Of a stretch of DNA of 64,000 nt, positions 56,521-64,000 are shown one piece after another. The translations under genes and the position numbers were made by a program. Numbering within the stretch: the stretch's first letter is position 1; the number at the start of each line of letters is the position of its first letter. The DNA is from an uncultured Alphaproteobacteria bacterium (GTDB taxonomy: Bacteria; Pseudomonadota; Alphaproteobacteria; Rhizobiales; Xanthobacteraceae): the NCBI GenBank assembly GCA_963712435.1, contig CAVQIB010000007.1:866-64865 (forward strand). Reading direction: 5' to 3'. The notes under the pieces were generated by a model that saw only the letters and a list, made by a program, of their open reading frames with translations, was not told where the DNA came from and did not search any database.

Positions 56521-57135
56521 ATGCTGCGCAAACTTCCGATCATCGGCGTGCTTGGTTCCGGATCGCCGATCGCCCCCGAGCGCGCCGCGCTCGCCCGCGC
56601 GGTCGGCGCGATGGTGGCGCGGCTCGACGCCCATCTCCTCACCGGAGCGGGCTATGGCGTGATGGCGGCGGCGGCCGAAGGCTTCGTCGCCGTTGAAGAG
56701 CGGCAGGGCCTCTCGATCGGCATGGTGCCGCGCGATCCCGCGGGTCCCATCGATGCGCCGAACCACGCCCCGGACGGACGGCCCTACCCCAACGCCTTCG
56801 TCGAGATCGCCGTGTTCACGGCGCTGCCGCCGCGCGCCGCCGATTGGCGCAGCGCCCCCTCGCGCAACCACGTCAATGTGCTGACCGCGCACGCGCTGGT
56901 GGCGCTGCCGGGGGCGCTCGGCACCAGCAACGAGCTTGAAATGGCGGCCGAGCTCGGGCCGGCCTCGGGTCCGGCCCGCGCGGATCGCCGCACGGTTCTG
57001 ATCGGGCCGCGCGAGGAGTTCCCGGCAAGCGCTTGCGCCGCCTTCATCCATGCGGCGAGTCTCGAGGAGGCAAGGCGTCACCTCGCCCGCATGCTGCGGC
57101 CAGGCTTTGTCGCGATGCGCGGAGCGCCCGCGTGA
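56521..57135 (+). CDS. SLOG/LOG-like (Moco carrier-like) nucleotide-binding protein
   Basis: IIGVLGSG..LLTGAGYGVMAAAAEGF..SRNHVNVLT..LPGALGTSNE. Confidence 0.8.
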   Translation: MLRKLPIIGVLGSGSPIAPERAALARAVGAMVARLDAHLLTGAGYGVMAAAAEGFVAVEERQGLSIGMVPRDPAGPIDAPNHAPDGRPYPNAFVEIAVFTALPPRAADWRSAPSRNHVNVLTAHALVALPGALGTSNELEMAAELGPASGPARADRRTVLIGPREEFPASACAAFIHAASLEEARRHLARMLRPGFVAMRGAPA

Positions 57136-58132
57136 CGCCGCCCCGCAACCTCTTGACCGATGTGGCGGGCGTGCGCGTCGGCCATGCGCAGGATGCGCGC
57201 CTTGCGTCCGGCGTCACCTGCATCCTGTTCGATGCGCCGGCGGTCGCCTCCGTCGACGTGCGCGGCGGCGGGCCGGGCACGCGCGAGACCGATCTGCTCG
57301 AGCCGTCCCGCACCGTGCAGGCGATCGACGCCATCGCGCTCGCGGGCGGCTCGGCCTTCGGGCTCGACGCGGCAAGCGGCGTCCAGGCCTGGCTGCGCGA
57401 ACAGGGCCGCGGCTTCGCGGTCGGGCCGGCGCTGGTGCCGATCGTCCCGGGTGCGGTCTTGTTCGATCTGTCGAACGGCGGCGACAAGCATTGGGACCGC
57501 TACCCGCCCTATCGCGAGCTTGGCTACGCCGCCGCCGCGGCGGCCGCGGGGCGGAGTTCGCGCTCGGCAGCGTCGGCGCCGGGACGGGCGCGACGACGGT
57601 CAATTACAAGGGCGGATTAGGATCGGCCTCCGCGGTGACCGCGGACGGACTGGCGGTCGGGGCGCTCGCTGCCGTCAACGCCGTCGGCAGCGCGGTCATC
57701 GGCGACGGCCCCTGGTTTTGGGCCGCTGCGTTCGAGCAGGGCGGCGAATACGGTGCGCACGGCTTTCCGCCCGCCGTTCCGCCCGAGGCGCTGGAACCGC
57801 GCGCCAAAGGCGTCATCGCGGCAAGCACCACGCTCGTGGTGGTCGCCACCGACGCCGTCCTGACCAAGGCGCAGGCGCAACGCATGGCCATGATGGCGCA
57901 GGACGGTTTCGCCCGGGCGATCTCTCCCGTCCACACGCCGCTCGACGGCGATCTCGTCTTCGCCGCAGCGACCGGGCATAAGCCATTGAACGATCCAGTC
58001 TATGGCTTGTTGCGCCTCGGCGCGGCGGCATCGCAAGTGGTGGCGCGCGCCATCGCCCGCGGCGTCTACGAGGCGGCCGCCCTGGCCTTCCCCGGCGCGC
58101 TGCCGGCCTACCGGGACAAGTTTCCGGATTGA
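57132..58132 (+). CDS. P1/S58 (DmpA-like) aminopeptidase (frameshift near 57550)
   Basis: LTDVAGVRVGH, DVRGGGPGTRETDLL, GGSAFGL, HTPLDGDLVF. Confidence 0.9.
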
Positions 58133-58481
58133 CCCCGGCGTTCGTCTTGATTGTTGCGCAAATCTATGTCCGCTGGCGCGACGCCATTGCGCCGCCCTAA
58201 TTTGTGCGCTTGATTGTCTCTGGAATCGACCAAAAGCGCGAATCATCAAATCGGCGGGTGGTAATTTGAACCTGCCGAGGCGTGGCTACGACTTTTTAGT
58301 CACAACGCGCAACAAACGTGCCTCCAGGCGGGAGGCCTCCTCGCGTTTTGCCGGCAAATGCCGCAAATTGGCGCGAAGTATACTGATTGAGTGCGGCCAG
58401 GGAACCGGCGCTCGAGTGGGCATGGCCCTTGCGACCAATCCGTAATGGGGAAATGGGCAAGAATTATAAGGAGTTGATGCG

Positions 58482-59593
58482 ATGCGAGCAGGTGCGATTG
58501 CAGCCGGTTTGGTCGCCGTGGCCCTGGCGGGCTCGTTGGGGCTGGTCTTCGCCCAGAAGGGCAGCCTGACCGCCCTGCCCTGGGGCAAGTCGGGGGCGGA
58601 GGCCGCGAGCACAGGCAGCACGGCCGCGGAACCGGCCCCGGCTCAGCGCACCCCGCGCAGCGTGGTCACGCCCATCGCTGATTCGATCGTGGTGGCGCAA
58701 GCCGGAGCCCGGCAGGGCCAGACGGCGGCATCCCAGATGAGCGCCGCAGCGCCGGCGCTCCCGAGCCCCTCGCCCGCTCGCCGCCGTGCAAGGTCCCCCC
58801 TGCGCCAATCCGAACGCCCTCGGCGTGACGCGGGTGGTCGAGATCGACACGACCGGCGGCCCGGGCTTCGGCTTCGAGCATTTCAAGCAGCACGATTTTC
58901 TCCGCAAGGGCGAAGTGGTGCTGACCTTCGACGACGGCCCCTGGCTCAACAACACCCCGGCCGTGCTCAAGGCGCTGACCGACCAGTGCGTCAAGGCGAC
59001 CTTCTTCCCGATCGGCAAGCACGCCACCTATTATCCTGAAATCCTGAGGGAAGTCGCCGAGGCCGGACACACCATCGGCAATCACACCTGGAGCCATCCG
59101 CGCGACATTTCGAAGTTCTCGACGGAAGAGGCCGTGATCGACATCGAGAAGGGCATCAGCGCGGTCCGCATGGCCGTCGGGGACTATGCCTCGCCGTTCA
59201 TCCGCTTCCCGAGCCTCAAGCACCCGCCGGAACTGCTGAAATATGTCGGGGAGCAGCGCAATATGGGCGTGTTCTCGACCGACATGGACTCGTTCGACTT
59301 CAAGGCGCGCAAGCCGGAGCAGGTCGTCAAGACCTTGATGGACAAGCTGGAAAAGCACGGCAAGGGCATTCTGCTGATGCACGACTTCCAGACGGTCACG
59401 GCGCATGCCGTTCCCCTCCTGCTCGCCCAGCTCAAGGAGAAGGGCTACAAGGTCGTGCATATGAAGGCGCACGACTCGCTCAAGTCGAGTCGCCCAGTAT
59501 GACGAGATGGTCCGGAAGGACCAGAAAGGCTCGGGAGGCATGGATATGGGCGGCGGACGTCCGACCTCGAGCGTGGTGAAAACGGTCGACTGA
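58482..59593 (+). CDS. Polysaccharide deacetylase (CE4) with N-terminal signal/anchor; frameshifts
   Basis: VLTFDDGP, HTIGNHTWSH, FIRFP, GILLMHD. Confidence 0.9.
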
Positions 59594-59619
59594 CGGCGAC
59601 CAGGTTAGTTTTGTCGGAG

Positions 59620-59645
59620 CATGGCCGGGCATCGTCCCGGCCATG
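59620..59645. repeat. REP-like palindrome between convergent genes
   Basis: CATGGCCGGG-CATCGT-CCCGGCCATG. Confidence 0.7.
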
Positions 59646-59669
59646 ATCGTTTTTGAGTGCTGCGTCCCC

Positions 59670-60927
59670 TCAGACGCCAAGCGTGCCGAACCGCTCGGCG
59701 CGATACGGAACCGGATCGCAGAACGGGGTCGCCCCCGTCATCATCTCGGCGACGAGCCGGCCGGTGACCGGGCCGAGGGTGAGCCCCCAATGCGCATGGC
59801 CGGCGGCGATCCACAGCCACGGATGGCCGGGCGCCTGACCGATCACGGGGCGCGAATCGGGCAGCGACGGCCGTGATCCCATCCACGGGCTCGCGTCGAC
59901 CGCCGCCCCGAGCGGAAACAGGCGCTTGGCGACGGGCAGCACGCGGTCGATCTGGACCGGCGTCGGCGCCGCGTCGCGATCCGCGAACTCCACCCCGGTG
60001 GTGAGGCGGATGCCCTGGTCCATCGGCGCCAGCACATAGCCGCCTTCCGAATCGAGCACCGGCCGGGCGAGCGAGGCATTGCCCCGCGCCTGGTATTGGC
60101 AATGGTAGCCGCGCTTGACCGCGAGCGGCAGGCGCAGATTGGAAGGCGCGCAGGAGATCGTTCGTCCACGGCCCGAGCGCCATCACGGCGTGGCCGGCCT
60201 CGATGCTCCCCTCCTCGGTGTCGACCTGGCAGGCCTGCGCGGCGCGCCGAAGGGTCATCGCGTCACCCTTCACCAGACGGCCGCCCAGCTCCACGAAGCG
60301 CCGGGCATAGGCGCGGGTCACCGCGAGCGGATCGGAAACGCTCGCCACCCGTTCCCAGAACACCGCGTTGCGGAACACCGGCGCAAGCGCGGGCTCGAGC
60401 GCGCGCGCCCCGTCGAGGTCGAGAACGTGATGGACGATGCCGTATTGCTCGGCGACCTTGCGCTCGAGCGCGGTCGCGGCGAAAGCGGGTTCGGTGCGGT
60501 AGAGCTTGAGCCAGCCGGTGTGGCGCAGATACTGCTCGGCGCCGCTCTCGGCCATCAGCGCCTCGTGCTCGGCGAGCGCGCGGGCGTATAACGGGCGCAT
60601 CAGCTTCGCGGTCTCGACCAGGCGCTGCGGCGACGACCAGGCGCGATAGGCGAGCAGCCAGGGCGCCACACGCGGGAGATAGGCGAGGTGGTAGTTCGCC
60701 TCCGGCGCGCGGCCCGCCGCGATGCGCAGAAGCGCCGCAAAATCGCTCGGAAACGGATGCGGGAAGACCGTTTCGCCTTCGATCAGCCCGGCATTCCCGT
60801 AGGACGTTTCCTCGCCCGGCCCGCGCCGGTCGACGAGCGCCACCGCAAGCCCGCGCTTGGCGAGATGCAGGGCGACGGACGTGCCGATGATGCCGGCCCC
60901 GAGCACGATGACGTCGGTGCGCGCCAC
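59670..60927 (-). CDS. D-amino acid dehydrogenase-like FAD oxidoreductase (frameshifted)
   Basis: [17 protein letters not shown]; [30 protein letters not shown]. Confidence 0.9.
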
Positions 60928-61121
60928 TGTTTGCTCCGTTTGCTGGAAACCAGTCGCTGGATCAATCCTTGCCCGATATAGGGAGCGCGCGGGCGATCGT
61001 CATCGCCGTTTTTTCCGAACGCGCGGTGACGCTTGTCCTCGCTGCTTTTCCGGTCTCCGCGGCCGGGCTGCGTTGCCCCCCGGGCGAGCCCATGTTACCG
61101 AGCGGCGAACCGGATACAGCC

Positions 61122-61824
61122 ATGCCCCTTCCCCTCCGCATCGCCCCCTCCATCCTGTCGGCCGACTTCGCCAGACTCGGCGAGGAGGTGCGCGCCGTCG
61201 ACGCCGCCGGCGCCGACTGGATCCATGTCGACGTGATGGACGGCCATTTCGTGCCGAACATCACCTTCGGCCCGGAGGTCGTGAAGGCGCTGCGCCCGCA
61301 CTCCGCACAAGCCGTTCGACGTGCATCTGATGATCGCGCCCGGCGATCCCTATCTCGAAGCCTTCGCCAAGGCCGGCGCCGACATCATCACCGTGCATGC
61401 CGAGGCCGGCCCGCATCTGCACCGCTCGCTGCAGGCGATCCGCGCGCTCGGCAAGAAGGCCGGCGTGACGCTCAATCCCGGCACGCCGGTCTCGACGATC
61501 GAGCACGTGATCGACATCGTCGACCTCATCCTGGTGATGACGGTCAATCCGGGCTTCGGCGGCCAGAGCCTTCATTCCGGCGGCGGTGGACAAGATCGCG
61601 CGGCTGCGCGCGCTGATCGGCGGCCGGCCGATCGACATCGAGGTCGACGGCGGCGTCACGCCCGGACATGCGCCGCGCTGGTCGCGGGCGCCGGCGCCAA
61701 TGTGCTCGTCGCCGGCTCCGCCGTGTTCAAGGGCGGCGAGGCCGAAAGCGGCGACGTCAACGCTACGCCGGCAACATCGCCGCGATCCGCAAGGCGGCCG
61801 AAGCCGCGCGGCGACTGGGCTTGA
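61122..61824 (+). CDS. rpe: Ribulose-phosphate 3-epimerase (frameshifted)
   Basis: [53 protein letters not shown]. Confidence 0.95.
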
Positions 61825-61838
61825 GACTTTTGGCTTCG

Positions 61839-61890
61839 GCCCTCATCCTTCGAGACGCGCTCCTGACGCAGCGTTCCTCAGGATCAGGGC
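61839..61890. repeat. Rhizobial REP-like palindromic repeat between rpe and purB
   Basis: GCCCTCATCCTTCGAGACGCGC...CCTCAGGATCAGGGC. Confidence 0.65.
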
Positions 61891-61914
61891 TCGTCTGGTG
61901 ACAAGGACGAGCCG

Positions 61915-63227
<1,313 letters not shown>

Positions 63228-63269
63228 ACCGAATGGCATGGCGCTCCGAGCTCAAATATACTTGCACCG

Positions 63270-63545
63270 ATGGAACGCATATTTGACTGCGATCCTGCGA
63301 AGCGGAATTGGCTACTGGCCGAAAGAGGATTCGACGTACGCGATACGGCCGCGGCGTTTGCCGACCCGAACCGGCTCGATTTCCAGGATGCCCGCCGTGA
63401 TTACGGCGAAGAGCGTCGCGTCACGATCGGCAAGGCGCTCGGCCGGATATTCACGGTCGTTTACACCATGCGCGGGCCAGTGACATGGATCATCACGGCT
63501 TGGCCGTCGAACCGAAAGGAACGAGAACATTATGGCGCCAGATAG
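63270..63545 (+). CDS. brnT: BrnT-family toxin
   Basis: FDCDPAKRNWLLAERGFD..DARRDYGEERRVTIG..VVYTMRG..IITAWPSNRKER. Confidence 0.88.
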   Translation: MERIFDCDPAKRNWLLAERGFDVRDTAAAFADPNRLDFQDARRDYGEERRVTIGKALGRIFTVVYTMRGPVTWIITAWPSNRKEREHYGAR

Positions 63546-63873
63546 CACAACGTTCACTCGTTTGGCCGACGGAACGCTGCTGCTGCGCCAGGCCGACGGC
63601 AGCTACCGCCCGATCGATTCGGAGACGGACCGAGCCCGGTTCGATAGCCTCACAGAGGCGGAGATCGAAGCCATGGCGTCTTCCGATCCGGATCATCCCG
63701 GCCTGGACGACGCCTTCTGGGCAGCCGCGACCGCGGCTCCGGGGAAGGAAGCGGTCTCAATCAAGCTCGACCGAGACGTCCTGGCCTATTTCCGAAATCA
63801 GGGACGCGGATATCAAAGCCGCATCAACGCCGTTCTGCGGCGCTATATCGAAGCGCGGCGCAAGGCAGGGTGA
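63532..63873 (+). CDS. brnA: BrnA-family antitoxin
   Basis: KEAVSIKLDRDVLAYFRNQGRGYQSRINAVLRRY; overlaps the toxin gene. Confidence 0.9.
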   Translation: MAPDSTTFTRLADGTLLLRQADGSYRPIDSETDRARFDSLTEAEIEAMASSDPDHPGLDDAFWAAATAAPGKEAVSIKLDRDVLAYFRNQGRGYQSRINAVLRRYIEARRKAG

Positions 63874-63918
63874 CCGTCCGCGCTCGGAACCGATGCTGCT
63901 CAATCTCACTTGAACGCG

Positions 63919-64000
63919 GTGCTAAAGCTGACGCCCTCCCCCACCATCCTCGTGTTCGACTCCGGGCTCGGCGGGCTCACGGTGCTTTCGCGAGGTCGTG
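63919..64000 (+). CDS. murI: Glutamate racemase, N-terminus (runs off the window)
   Basis: PTILVFDSGLGGLTV. Confidence 0.85.
   Translation, partial: MLKLTPSPTILVFDSGLGGLTVLSRGR

Overview
Mostly a high-GC alphaproteobacterial (Hyphomicrobiales-like) chromosomal segment. Many single-base frameshifts, even in essential genes, point to a long-read or low-coverage consensus. Bases 1-~2020 look foreign: a Chloroflexota/Actinobacteria-style recG'-rsmD-coaD-DivIVA-like operon cut inside recG, probably an assembly chimera. From ~2.0 to 17.1 kb lies a giant RTX/Ig/cadherin protein gene, an IS630 element and a decaying integrative-mobilisable island at the guaA 3' end (P4-type integrase, two AlpA genes, ParB remnant, traC/traD, truncated traA). 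In that island a complete group II intron (11850-14145) sits antisense exactly between the Shine-Dalgarno and ATG of traC, and traA appears deleted precisely from a MOBQ oriT nick site. The rest is core and accessory metabolism: guaA, rsmB-like, guaB, rlmE, ppx, tRNA-Gln, catechol 2,3-dioxygenase, RND pump, VOC-DoxX-cydAB, an aryl-CoA ligase with a fused Cys-rich domain, pcaD, the liv operon, ccdA, rpe, purB, brnTA and murI. An internal fragment of a type IIG-like restriction-modification gene lies after livK, bracketed by 45-bp palindromic direct repeats. All family assignments are by motif recognition; no searches were run.
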